A stretch of 64,000 bases of DNA. Origin: Mobula hypostoma. Taxonomy: Eukaryota. The translations under genes were made by a program, and so were the position numbers. Positions 13,001 through 25,399 of this stretch are shown piece by piece. The notes under the pieces are model-generated. The model worked only from the letters and a program-made list of their open reading frames with translations, was not told where the DNA came from and ran no database searches. The DNA lies in contig NC_086106.1 of NCBI RefSeq assembly GCF_963921235.1, positions 20,832,001 through 20,896,000 of the forward strand, written 5' to 3'. The first letter of the stretch is position 1. The number at the start of each line of letters is the position of its first letter.

Positions 13001-14385
13001 TCTCGGTCCGGTCCGTGGACACAGGACTCCGGGACTTCCAGCTTTCCCTTCTTTTCTTCTAAGATTCGTTAATCTTAGGCACCTGATTCTCATCTTGGGG
13101 TTTGGAATATAAGTAGCCTTGGGGTTGAGTGTGAGGGTGGGTTCGTCTTGTCAAGATTCCCTGGGAGGAACCTGCCAGTAGAAGGCTGGAGCGGCCACTT
13201 GCCATCTTCAGCCCGCGTTGGAGGACCATCGCTTCATGGAGCCGTGCTATCGGCAGAAGGAACTGTCCTTGCGGCATTTATTTGGCCGTTTCCCGGGCCA
13301 GCTTGGTGGCCGTGAGCACTACGAGCTAGATAGGTATCCGTCTATTTCCGTAGTCAGCCAAGGTTGCTGGCCGTAACTGCGTCTTGGAGCAACCGCTATG
13401 TAGGAATGGAACTGTCTGCCATTCTTCGGCGTTTGTCTGTTGTTGGCCTCGCCTAAGTGGGGTAGGTTAGGCCGTATTACCGTTACCCTACGTTTGTATC
13501 TGTCCCCTCTTGTTCCGCCTCCGTGAGCTATGTCAGGCCGTTCTGCCGTTGCCCTGCGTGTGGATCTGTCTTGTCTTTGACCCTGCTGGGTAAACCAAGC
13601 CGTGATGCTGTTACCCGACAGTTGTACCAGTCCCAACTTTGTGTGGAAATAAAGTTGAATCCCGGCTTGTCTAAGGATAAATTCTGGCTCTCTGTCTACG
13701 TACTGTCCAGTCTCATGTTAGTGTCGTGTAAAAGATGGGTCCCGGCTTTATGAAGGATAATTCCCGGCTCCATGTTGATGTACAGTTCCCAGTCTGTTCT
13801 CGAGCTCCAGCCTCCCGAGTTATCAGCCTCCGCATTCCAAGGTCCCAACCTCCAGCGTCAAGTCTCAAGACTCCAGCCTCCAGCCTCCAGCCTCGACTAC
13901 AGCCTCCAGACTCAAGCTTCAAGACTGCAGCCTCCATCCTCCAGCCTCCAGCCTCAAGAGATCAGCACCCATTCTCAAAACCCCAGCCGCCATCTTCAAG
14001 CCTCAAGACTCCAGCCGCCAGCCTCAAGCCTCATGACCCCAACCATCATCCTCAAGCCTTAAGACCCCAGTCTCCATCCTCAAGCCTCAGGCCTCATGCC
14101 TCAAGACTCCAGCCTCCAGTCTCAAACCTCATGACCCCAGGCACGTCCGGTCCTGCAGCCATGTCATGTTCTGGGATCCGAGCTCGAGGCAAGACCCAAG
14201 TTCTGTGTCCTTGTCCAGGTTCGGGCTCGGAGTCCAAGCCCAGGCTCCTAGTTCATAGGTCCTTGTCCGGGTTCCCTGTTTCTTGTCCATGTCTTAGCCC
14301 AGGTCCTGCATCCTCGTCCTGTTACTAGTACTTCACTGTCTGTGTCTTGCATTTGGGTCCGCCACTAGCGTCCCCCATTGTGATA
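10032..14385 (+). mobile_element. Tandem array of Gypsy-type LTRs with internal CCAGCCTCAAG-like minisatellites
   Basis: Units 10032-11120, 11160-12786, a partial unit from about 12826, and 12966-14385, each bounded by TGTC...TGA(C/A/T)A. About 40-nt stubs between units encode MYPA/(M)DPA. TGAAA is duplicated at 10027-10031 and 14386-14390. Confidence 0.7.
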
Positions 14386-14544
14386 TGAAAGGGTTGAGTA
14401 TTTTCTATATATGGCGTGAAAATAGTGAAAAAAAAATCTGAGGGACAAAGAAACTTCGGAGAGTTTGTGCACGATTCCCTGTAGGTTAATTTGCAATTTG
14501 AGTTTTTGTGTAGGAAGCCAAATGCAACTTTTTTTTAAGATTTT

Positions 14545-15245
14545 GAGAACACTCAGTCCTCTTTATTTGTCATTTAGAAATGCATACATGCATTAAGATA
14601 TGATACAATGCTTCTCCAGAGTGATATCACAGAAAAAAAAACAGGACAAACCAAAGACAAACACTGACAGAACCACATAATTATAACATATAGTTATAGC
14701 AGTGCAAATCAATATCATAATTTGATGAAGAAAAAGCCACGGGCACGGGGAAAAAAAAAAAAAAAAGAAATTCTCAAAGTCCCCGAGTAGATCGTCTCCC
14801 GAGTCCCCGATAGCTGGGGCAAAACGGAGAAACTCTCTGCCTTAAAGCTCCAGACACCGTCAGCTTGCTGATTCCTTGGAAGCAGCCGACCACAGTCGAC
14901 ACTGAGTCCATCCGTCCGAAAACTTTGAGCTTCCGACTAGCCTCTCCGATACAGCCTCCCTAGCGCCATCCTCTGCCGAGCGCCTTTGTCCTCGCCCCGG
15001 CCGCTGCAACAAGCAAAGCCGAGGATTAGTGGCCTTCCGCTCCGGAGATTCCGGTTACCACATAATAGCAGCGGCAGGGAAGCGGGCATTTCAGAAGTTT
15101 CTCCAGATTTTCCTCCGTACTTTCACGTCTGTCTCCATCAAATCAGAATTGTGCACGGAACCCTACTTGACAGATTACAGATATCATTTATATCATTTAC
15201 CGGAGAGGACGCGCGCCTTGCTGTCGCACCGCCATGTTCTCCTCC
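14545..15245 (-). mobile_element. Unclassified interspersed repeat (second copy at 40055-40645)
   Basis: Shares CAGTCCTCTTT..TTGTCATTTAG.AATGCAT..CATTAAG and CGTCTGTCTCCATCAAATCAGAATTGT with the second copy. Confidence 0.6.
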
Positions 15246-15894
15246 TCCCTTTTGCATTCTTTTAAAGCGGACTAGAATATAAAATCAAATATGTAATTTT
15301 GACACTTCATAAAACTTTTCTGAGGCCTCACCTTTTTTTAATTGTAATCCGCTTTTTTTCCAATTGAGTGTGCTGAAACTGTAGCGCATATCAGGGAGAT
15401 CCACGAAGATGTTTCTAGTATTAAACGGCTTGTCATATGAAGAGTTTTGGATGGTTTAGGGCCTGTAGTCACTGGAATTCAGAAGAATGAGTGGTGACCT
15501 AATTGAAATCGATCTAATAGCGATGGGGTATTATACAGTAGATATGGGGAGCATATTCCTTTTAGTGGGAATGTGGTCAAAGACCAGACAAGAACGCCTC
15601 AGAGTGGCGTCCTTTTAGAACGGAGATGAGGATTATTTACTTTAGCCAGGGGGTTGTGAATCTGTGGAATACGTTGCTTCAGGCAACTGTGTAGGTCACA
15701 CCTTTATTTATATTTAAGGAAGAGGTAAATGGCTTGCAGTTTGGTAAATATACGAATGGATACGGTCAGACGGCAAGTGTCTGGGAAGAGAGGGAAAATG
15801 GATAGGCCATGATGAAATGGCGGAGAAAACTCTATTGGCCAAGTGACCTAATTCTGCTGCTCTTTCTCATGGTCCTATGGTCAGTAGCTACATA

Positions 15895-16160
15895 CATCAC
15901 GAAGGGTCAGGGACTAAGAGAAACCAGTCAGTGGACAGATAACCCACTGAGAGACACAGAATAAGACATATTATTCGAAGGACAGATGTCCTACCTCGTA
16001 TACAGTCTGAGAGACAACCGTCTGTGCAGTATTAAGCAACTCAAAGAACTACCATGCAATCTTCTGTCCTCACACATACCACGAGAAACAATATTAAGCA
16101 CAGCTCTCAGGGTGAAAATGGTTGTAATATATACTGATAATAAATGTACTTTTTTCGGAA
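15895..16160 (-). other. Displaced continuation of the V1 upstream region
   Basis: Homologous to 45660-46040 (CAGTCAGTGGACAGAT; TATTAAGCAAC..CATGCAATCTTCTGTCC; AAAATGGTTGTAATAT). Separated from 6290 by about 9.6 kb of insertions. Confidence 0.65.
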
Positions 16161-16325
16161 ATTTTCTCAAGAATCAATGTCGATGGTGTATGTCCGTTAC
16201 CAGAAACTAAAACTGGACATCAATATCTGTAAACTATTATGTGCACAGCGTCTAGATTTACAGAGGCTGTGCCTTTTAGCAATATAATAACCACAATTGT
16301 GACAAAGGCTCTTATAAAATTCTTT

Positions 16326-17594
16326 CAACACACATAAAAGTTGCTGGTGAACGCAGCAGGCCAGGCAGCATCTGTAGGAAGAGGTGCAGTCGACGTTTCA
16401 GGCCGAGACCCTTCGTCAGTACTAACTGAAGGAAGAGTGAGTAAGGGATTTGTAAGTTGGAGGGGGAGGGGGAGATCCAAAATGATAGGAGAAGACAGGA
16501 GGGGGAGGGATAGAGCCAAGAGCTGGACAGGTGATAGGCAAAAGGGGATACGAGAGGATCATGGGACAGGAGGTCCGGGAAGAAAGACAAGGGGGAGGGG
16601 ACCCAGAGGATGGGCAAGAGGTACATTCAGAGGGACAGAGGGAGAAAAAGGAGAGTGAGAGAAAGAATGTGTGCATAAAATAAGTAACAGATGGGGTACG
16701 AGGGGGAGGTGGCGCCTTAGCGGAAGTTAGAGAAGTCGATGTTCATGCCATCAGGTTGGAGGCTACACAGACGAAATATAAGGTGTTGTTCCTCCAACCT
16801 GAGTGTGGCTTCATCTTTACAGTAGTGGAGGCCGTGGATAGACATGTCAGAATGGGAATGGTATGTGGAATTAAAATGTGTGGCCACTGGGAAATCCTGC
16901 TTTCTCTGGCGCACAGAGCATGGATGTTCAGCAAAGCGGTCTCCCAGTCTGCGTCGGGTCTCGCCAATATATAAAATGCCACATCGCGAGCACCGGGCGC
17001 AGTATATCACCCCAGTCGACTCACAGGTGAAGTGTTGCCTCACCTGGAAGGACTGTTTGGGGCCCTGAATGGTGGTAAGGGAGGAAGTGTAAGGGCATGT
17101 GTAGCACTTGTTCCGCTTACACGGATAAGTGCCAGGAGGGAGATCAGTGGGGAGGGGTGGGAGGGACGAATGGACAAAGGCGTTGCGTAGGGAGCGATCC
17201 CTGCGGAATGCACAAAGAGGTGGGGAGGGAAAGATGTGCTTAGTGGTGGGATCCCGTTGGAGGTGGCGGAAGTTACAGAGAATAATATGTTGGACCCGGA
17301 GGCTGATGGGGTGGTAGGTGAGGACCAGGGGAACCCTGTTCCTGGTGGGCGGGAGGATGGAGTGAGAGCAGATGTACGTGAAATGGGGGAGATGCGTTTA
17401 AGAGCAGAGTTGATAGTGGAGGAAGGGAAGCCCCGTTCTTTAAAAATGGAAGACATCTACCTCGTCCTAGAATGAAAAGCCTCATCCTGAGAGCAGATGC
17501 GGCAGAGACGGAGGAATTACGAGAAGGGGATGGCGTTTTTGCAAGAGACGGGGTGAGAAGAGGAATAGTCCAGATAGCTGTGAGAGTCAGTAGG
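16326..17594 (-). mobile_element. Penelope-like element (RT tail + GIY-YIG endonuclease + pLTR) nested in the Gypsy integrase
   Basis: ORF 16717..17043 (GVIYCARCSRCGILYIGETRRRLGDRFAEH..EEQHLIFRL..QPDGMN). Identical 15-mer CTTATAAAATTCTTT at 16311-16325 and 17595-17609. Confidence 0.88.
16387..16424 (-). ncRNA. Minimal hammerhead-ribozyme motif in the Penelope pLTR
   Basis: TAGTA-CTGACGA-AGG(GTCTCGG)CCT-GAAACGTC/GACTG contains the CUGANGA and GAAA cores, stem II and a GUC cleavage triplet. The first stem-I pair is mismatched. Confidence 0.65.
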
Positions 17595-20016
17595 CTTATA
17601 AAATTCTTTATTTATTTTGGGTTGGCTAAAGAAGTAAAATCGGATCAAGACAGTAATTTTATGTCGGGATTGTTTCAGCAGATAGTTTATAAACTGGGAG
17701 CAAAACAGATTATTTCATCAGTCTGTCATCCAGAATCACAAGGAACCTTAGAAATATTCCATTCTAGAAAAAAAAAAGAAACAAATAATGATTAGGACAT
17801 ATTGTGTGGAGAATGAAAAGGACTGGGGTGAAGGTGTGCACTTACCACATTTTGCATTTTTGCACTGAGAGAGGCAATGCAGGAATCATTGTGTTTTAAT
17901 CCCTTAGAACTTCTGTTTGGGTATAGAATTCGAGGACCTTTGGCCTTGTTGAAGGAACAATGGATTAATAAAGAAGTACACACTAATTTGCTAGTTTATG
18001 TTTTAAAATTTAAAGAAAGATTATATAAAGCTTGTCGCTTGGCAAATGAAAATTTAAAATTGGCTCAAGAGAAGAAGAAGACTTGGTATGATACGGAAGC
18101 TAGAATGAAGTTATTTAAGCCAGGGTAGAAGGTGTTGGTTCTTTTCCCACTGCAAACGAACCCATTACAAGGTAAATTTCATGGTCCTTATGAGATTAAA
18201 TCTGAAGTAAATGATGTGGATTACGTGATAAAAATCCCAAATCGAAAGAAGCCAATACAGCTGTGTGATATGAATATGATAAAATCGTATTATCAGAGAG
18301 AAGCTGCTACGATGACTGTTGTGATCAGTAATGAGTCTGATCTTCATAAAAACTTAATGGATGATTCATCTGAAACTCAATTTAAACCCAACATTATTTC
18401 AGCCAGGTTACCAAATTCAAAAACTCTAGAAATTTTGATGAAAAATTAGCGCATTTACAGCCAGATACAGCAGATGAAACAGTGATTTTTTAAATACATA
18501 GAATTATTTCCAGACGTTACGAGAAGAACCACCATAGCGACGCATGATGTAGATGAGAAGATGAAAAACCCATAAAACAACATCCGTATCGAATGAAAAG
18601 GGAAAAATGTGAACTTGCTGAACATGAAATTAAGTATATGTTAGAAGATGATATTATTAGACATTCTAATTCGAATCGGAGTTCACCGTGTGTTGTGGTG
18701 CCTAAGCCAGACAATAGAATTAGGTTTTGTACAGATTACAGGAAGGTGAATGCTGTGACAAAAACTGACGCATATCCAATCCATAGGATAGATGATTGTG
18801 TGGTTAAAGTTGAATAAGCCAAATTCCTAACAGAGATTGATTTGTTAAAAGGTTATTGGTGTGTTGCATTGACCGATAGAGGTAGAGAAATTTCAGCATT
18901 TGTAACCCCATCTGAGTTATATGAATATAATGTTCTTCCATTTGGGATGAAGAATGCACCAGGTACTTTTCAGAGGTTGATTAATAGTGTGATTCATGGG
19001 TTAAAAGATACAGATGCATATATTGAATTATGATAATTGAAATATGAATTAATACGTGGAAAACACATATTACTGCGGTGGAGAAACTGCTTGAGTGACG
19101 TTCAAAAGCTAACATAACTATTAACTTAGCTAAAAGTGAATTTGGTCATGACACAGTGACTTACCTTGGTTATGCTGTGGGTCCAGGAGAATTAGCTCCT
19201 GTTCAAGCAAAAGTTCAGGCAATTTTAGAAGTACCCACTCCAACTGGTAGAAAATTCTTAGATGATTCTTGGGTATGGTAGGATATTACAGAAAATTTTG
19301 TAAGAATGTTGCGAATATTGCTCTTCCATTAACTAATCTCATGAAGAAACATGAAAAGTTTTGTTGCACAGAGTCTTGCCAGGAAGCATTTGCTAAATTG
19401 AAATCTATAATATGTAGTCAGCCTGTACTCAAATCTCCTGACTTTGAAAAAAAAACATTTTCGATAGTTGCAGATGCTAGTGATGAAGCTGCAGGAGCAG
19501 AGTTGCTTCAAAGAGATGATGGTGATGAAGTTGATCGTCCGGTAGTTTATTTTTCAAAGAAATTACTCAACAATAGAAAATGAAATATTATCTCTTGTTT
19601 TGTCTTTACAACATTTTGAAGTGAATGCTGGTACTACTCATAAACCATTCACAGTTTATACCGATCATATTCCGTTAGAGTTTTTGAATAAGTTGAAAAA
19701 GAAAAAAAAAATAGAAGATTACTAAATTGGTATTTAATGTTACAGGAGTACAATATTTTGATCACTTATATTAAGGGTAAAGATAATGTGATCGCTGATA
19801 GTCTATCTAGATGTTAAAAATATAATGATTTTTTTAAAGGAGTGGTATTTTTACATTTCCAACACTCTTACCGTATATAGGTTTGTAAAGTGCTGAAAGA
19901 TTAGACTGCATATATTTTTTTATGTTGTAAATTTTATACCTTTGTATTTTTTATGTAAATTGCGAATTGTTAAAATTTTGTTCCTTAAGAGACCTTTTTT
20001 TTTGTTTGGAGGGAGG

Positions 20017-20857
20017 TGTAACATACCTCAAAGAGATCTTGTGACGTTTTTTGTGAGAATTATGTAATGGTCTTTTGGAGTCCACTGGTGTAATTTTCCC
20101 ACCGATGTGAGGTGACGTGATGACGTGTTCACCACGGGTATAAAGGGAAGACCTCTGGTGACGTAGTTACTTTTCCAGATAGAACGTTAATCAGAGTCTT
20201 CGTTTCCGTTGCGTATTTGTTTTATGACGCAGTTTTATTTTTAAAACGGAGTGTTACGTTCTATTGTAGGGTACAATAGCGCTAGATGGCAGTTTATACT
20301 TCCTCATAGATTTGTTGATGTACGTTTTCAGTAGTATTGGAGAGTGAAGACTTCATCGAAGTACAGGATATGAAGGATTAAGGGAAGTCGGGAATGTTCG
20401 GCAGTTTAATAAAGGATCGACGTAATTGAGACTTCGTTGGCGAAGTAGCGACCTGCATCGGAAATACCTCCGGTCGAATGAGCATGGTAGTTCATGCAAG
20501 GTTTGCTTTCTAGAATAAATTACGGTCAGTTGTTTAAAGCCGTTATTTCCTTCATCGTGAATCCTTTAGACAGAACAGGGATGTCGCGTCTATGAAGAAT
20601 TCCTTCTCCAGAGAAGTCTCTCCCAATTGAATGTATAAATCTGTTGGACTTTCGAATTTACCATTTTAAGAACTGTATTTGACTTTACTGCATGAAGAAC
20701 TAGTACCGAGTGACGATTTTTTTGAACAGCCGCATGGCGTTTAACTTCCGGTTAAAATTTTCGTTTGTTTTTTATTGTTTATCGGTGTTTAATAAATAGT
20801 TGGTCGTTTTTATATACCCTGTCTCGATTGATATTCATTGTTGCCGGTTACGTAACA
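20017..20857 (+). repeat. 3' LTR of the Gmr1-like element
   Basis: Starts TGTAAC directly after the purine tract GGAGGGAGG (20008-20016) and ends GTAACA. Contains a TATAAA and an AATAAA. Confidence 0.75.
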
Positions 20858-23800
20858 CACCCCATAATCTTTCTTAACTACCCTATCTACCTGTGAGGCA
20901 ATTTTCAGGGATCTATGGACACGTAAATCCAGATCCCTCGGCTCCTCCATTCTACCAAGCATCCTGCCATTTACCCTGTACCCTTCAAAGAGTGTGTCCT
21001 TCCCCAAAGTGTACCACCTCACACTTCTCCGGGTTGAACTCCATCTGCCTCTTGTCAGCCCACTTCTGCATTCTATCAATGGGTCTCGGCAATCTTCGAC
21101 AATCCTCTACACTATCCACAACACCACCAACCTTTGTGTCGTCTGCAAACTTGCCAACCCACCTTTCTACCCCCACATCCAGGTAATTAATAAAAAACAC
21201 GAAATCACAAAAGTTCCAGAACCGATCCTTGTGAGACAGCACTCGTTTCAACCCTCCAATCCGAATGTACTCCCTCCACTACGAACCTCTGCTTTCTGCA
21301 GGCGAGCCAATTCTAATCCTCCCGGTCAAACTTCCCTGCATCCCACGCCTTCTGACTTTCTGAATAAGCCTACCGTGTGGAATCTTGTCAAATGCCTTAC
21401 TAAAATCCATGTAGATTTAATCCACTGCACTACCCTAATCTATATGACTGGTCACCGCCTCAAAGAACTATATCAGGCTTGTTAGATACGATCTACCCTT
21501 TAAAAAGCCACGCCGACTATGCCTGATTAGACCATGATTCTTTAAATGCCCATGGATCCTATCTCTAACAATATTTTCCAACAGCTTTCCCACTACAGAC
21601 GAAAAACTCATTTGTCTATAATTACTTGGACTATCCGTACTACCTTTTTAGAACAAGGGGACAACATTCGCCTTCCTCCAATCCTCCGGTACCATTCCTG
21701 TGAACAACAAGGGCATGAGGATCCTGGCCAGAGACTCAGCAATATCTTTCCTCGCCTCGTGGGGCAGACTGGGGAATATTCTAATAAGGCCCTGGGGACT
21801 CATCCGTCCTAATGTATTTTAAAAACTCCAACACCTCCTCCCCTTAATTTTCAACATGCTCCAGAACCTCAACCTCACTCATATTGTCTTCACCTTCATC
21901 AACTCCCCTCTCATTGCTGAATACCGAAGATAAATATTCAGTGAGGACCTCGCTCACTTCCAAAACCTCCAGGCACATCTTCCCACCTTTGACTCTAATC
22001 GGTCCTCCCTTCACTCCTGTCAACATTTTGTTCTTCACAACGTATGAGGTTACTGCTCGAAATGTTGAGGGTTTTTTCCGTCTCCACAGATGCTACCTGA
22101 TCTGTTGAGATAACCTGAATTTTATTCAGGATTTCCAGTGTCTGCAGACTTGCAACATCCACACAAACAGAATTTCTTGTGCTAGTTTTAACCTAGGTTT
22201 ATACTTGTGAGGCTGGAGGTGCTGTAGAATTCCATAAGACCATAAGACGATAACACAAAAGAGCAGAAGTCAACCATTCAGGCCATCGAGTCTCCTCCGC
22301 CATTATATCATGAGCTGATCCATTCTCCTATTTAGTCCCACTCCCCGGCCTTCTCACCATAACCGTTGATGCCCTGGCTACTCAGATACCTACCAATCTC
22401 TGGCTTAAATACACCCAGTGACTTGACCTACACTGCTGCCCGTGGCAACAAATTCCATAGATTCACCACCGTCTGACTAAAAAAAAAAAAAAAAATCTCA
22501 TTTCTGTTCTGAATGGGCGCCCTTCAATCCTTAAGTCATGCCCTCTCGTACTAGACTCCCCCATCATGGGAAACAACTTTGCCAAATCCACTCTGTCCAT
22601 GTCGTTCAACATTCGAAATATTTCTATGAGGTCTCCCCTCATTCTTCTAAACTCCAAGGAATACAGTCCAAGAGCGGACAAACGTTCCTCTTCTGCTAAC
22701 ACTCTCATTCCAGGAATCATTCTAGTGAATATTCTCTGTACCCTCTCCAATGTCAGCACATCCTTTCTTAAATAAAGAGACCAAAACTGCCCACAGCACT
22801 CCAAGTTAGGTCTCACCAGCGCCTTATAGAGCCTCAACATCACATCCCTGCTCCTATACTCTATTCTTCCAGAAATGAATGCCAACATTGCATTCGCCTT
22901 CTTCAGTACCAACACAACCTGGCGGTAAATCTTAAGGGTATCGTGTACGAGGACTCACAAGTCCCGTTGCATCTCAGATCTTTGAATTCTTTCTCCATTT
23001 AAATAATACTATTCCCTTTCAATTCTTCTGCCAAAGTGCATAACCATACACTTTCCAACACTGTATTTCATTTGCCACTTCTTTGCCCATTCTTCCAATC
23101 TATCCAAGGCACTCTGCAGACTCTCTGTTTCCTCAGCACTACCGGCCCCTACCCCTATCTTCGTATCGTTAACAAACCTCGCCACAAAGCCATCTATTCC
23201 ATTATCCAAATCGTTGATGTACAATTTAAAAAAGAAGCGGCACCAACATGGACCACTGCGGAACACCACTGGTAACCGGCAGCCAACCAGAATAGGATCC
23301 CTTTATTCCCACACTTTGTTTCCTACCAATCAGCCAACACCCTATCCACGTATGTAACTTCCCGGTGATTCTATGGACACTTATCTTGTTAGGTAGCCTC
23401 ATGTGTGGCGCCTTGTAAAAGGCCTTCTGAAAATCCAAATATACAACATCCATTACATCTCCCTTGTCTTGCCTACAGGGGATTTCCTAAAAAAAATTGT
23501 GATAGGTTTGTCTGGCAGGATTTTCCTCTAAGGAATCCATGCTGAGTTCTGCCTATCTTGTTATATGCCTCCAGGTACTCTGTAAACTCATCCTTGACAG
23601 TCGACTACAACAACTTCCCAACCACCGTTGACAAGCTAACAGGTCTATAATTTCCTTTTTGCTTCCTTGCTCCCTTCTTAAATACCGGAGTGACTTTTGC
23701 AATTACCCAGTCCTCCGGAACCATGCCAGAATCTATCGACTTTTGAAAGATCATCGCTAATGCCTCAGCAATCTCCACAGCTACTTCCTTCAGAACACGA

Positions 23801-25390
23801 GGGTGCATTCCCTCTGGTCCGGAAGATTTATCTACCTTTAGACTTTGCAGTTTCCTGAGTACTATCTCTGCCGTAATTGTGACTGCGCACACTTCTGTTC
23901 CCTGCCACCCTTGAGTGTCCGGTATACTGCTGATATCTTCCTCAGTGAAGACTGATGCAAAATACTAGTTCAGTTCCTCCACCATCTCCTTATCTCCCAT
24001 TACAATTTCTCCAGGATCATTTTCTATCGGTCGTATATCTACAGTCACATATCTTTTACTCTTTATATCCATGAAAAAGCGTTCAGTATCCTATTTGATA
24101 TTATTTGCTAGCTCCCTTTCATAGTTAATCTTTTCTCTCTTAATCAATTTCTTAGTTTCCTTTTGTAAGGTTTTAAAAACTTCCCAATCCTCTGTATTCC
24201 CACTAATTTTTGTTTCCTTTTGTGCCCTCTCCTTTGCTTGAACTTTGCCTAAACCTTCTCTTGTCAACCACGGTTGCATCCTTTTTACATTCCAAAAATA
24301 TCTTCCTTTTTGGAATATACCTGTCTTGCACTTTCTTCACTTCTCGTATAAACTCCAGCCACTGCTACTTGTCGTCATCCCTGCCAGTGTCCCTTTCCAG
24401 TCAACTTTGGCCAGTTCCTCTCTCATGTCACTGTAATTTCCTTTACTCCACTGAAATACCGACACATCAGATTTCGGGATCACTTTTTCAAATTTCACAG
24501 TGAACTCAATCATGTTATGATCACTGCCTCCTAAGGGTTCCTTCGCGTCAATCTCTCTAATCACCTCCGGTTCTTTACACAATGCCCAGTCCAGTACAGC
24601 CGATCCCCTAGTGGGCTCAACAACAAGCTGTTCTAAAAAATGCCATCTCACAGATATTCTACAAATTCTCTCCCTTGAGCTCCAGTGCCGACCTGATTTT
24701 CCCAATCCACTTGCATGTTAAAATCCATCACAATTATTATAACACTGCCCTTCTGACAAACCTTTTCTATTTCATGTTGTAATTTGTAGTCCACTTCACT
24801 GCGGCTGTTTGGAGGCCGATAAACAACTGCAATCAGGGTCCTTTTGCCCCTACGATTTCTTAGCTCAACCCATAAAGATTCTGCACCTTCCTATCCTATA
24901 TCACCCCTTTCTAATGATTTAATATCATTTCTTACCAATACAGCCACGCCTCCCGCTCTGCCTACGTTTCTCTCCTTCCGATACACCGTGTATCCTTGAC
25001 GTTCACCTCCCAGAAACATGCGCCCTGTAGCCACGTCTCAGTGATGGCCACAATATCATACCGGCCAATCTGTAGCTGGACGACAAGATCATCCACCTTA
25101 TTCCTTATGCTGCGTTGCATTTAAGTATAACACCTTAAGACCAGTTTTTGGTACGTTTCGCTTTGAATTCCCTGCAACATCATTGCACTGCAACTCATCC
25201 CAATGGCTACAAATTTGCCCCATCACCTGTCTGTCTTTCCTGACATCTTTACTGCTCACTATATTAGATTTATTTCTGTTTTCCTCTTCCTTCGTTCTGT
25301 CATCCCGGTTCCCATCCCCCTGCCAAATTAATTTAAACCCCCCCTAACAACTCTACTAAACTTTCCCGCCAAGTCAGTGACAACAAGCTG
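20858..25390 (-). mobile_element. Composite CR1-clade LINE fragments
   Basis: ORFs 20985..21251 (KFADDTKVGG), 22463..22915, 23009..23269, 23605..23892 and 24337..24705 (endonuclease LGGSDHNMIEF). Confidence 0.85.
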
Positions 25391-25399
25391 AATAAGCAC

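Larger units (their letters stand above)
16160..20857 (+). mobile_element. Gmr1-like Ty3/Gypsy LTR retrotransposon, 5'-truncated and degenerate (IN-RT-RH order)
   Basis: Integrase core VDGVCPLPETKTGHQYL (about 16183) continues after the Penelope insert as FGLAKEVKSDQDSNF..HPESQGTLE (17610-17765). RT follows (SSPCVVVPKPD..RFCTDYRKVN; PFGMKNAPGTFQR), then RNase H (ADASDEAAGAELLQ), then PPT and LTR. Confidence 0.85.

Noticed and set aside
10490-14140. CRISPR-like array
   Set aside because: Eukaryotic sequence; repeats are degenerate tandem units without unique spacers.
11799-14328. Long S/P/Q/L-rich ORFs (11799..12473, 11896..12363, 13735..14328, also 50329..50880)
   Set aside because: Translations of stop-poor minisatellites inside LTRs, open in several frames, with no domain signature.
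19153-19159. CACAGTG heptamer (also at about 1333, 24494 and 32051)
   Set aside because: No nonamer at 12 or 23 nt; most lie within TE sequence.
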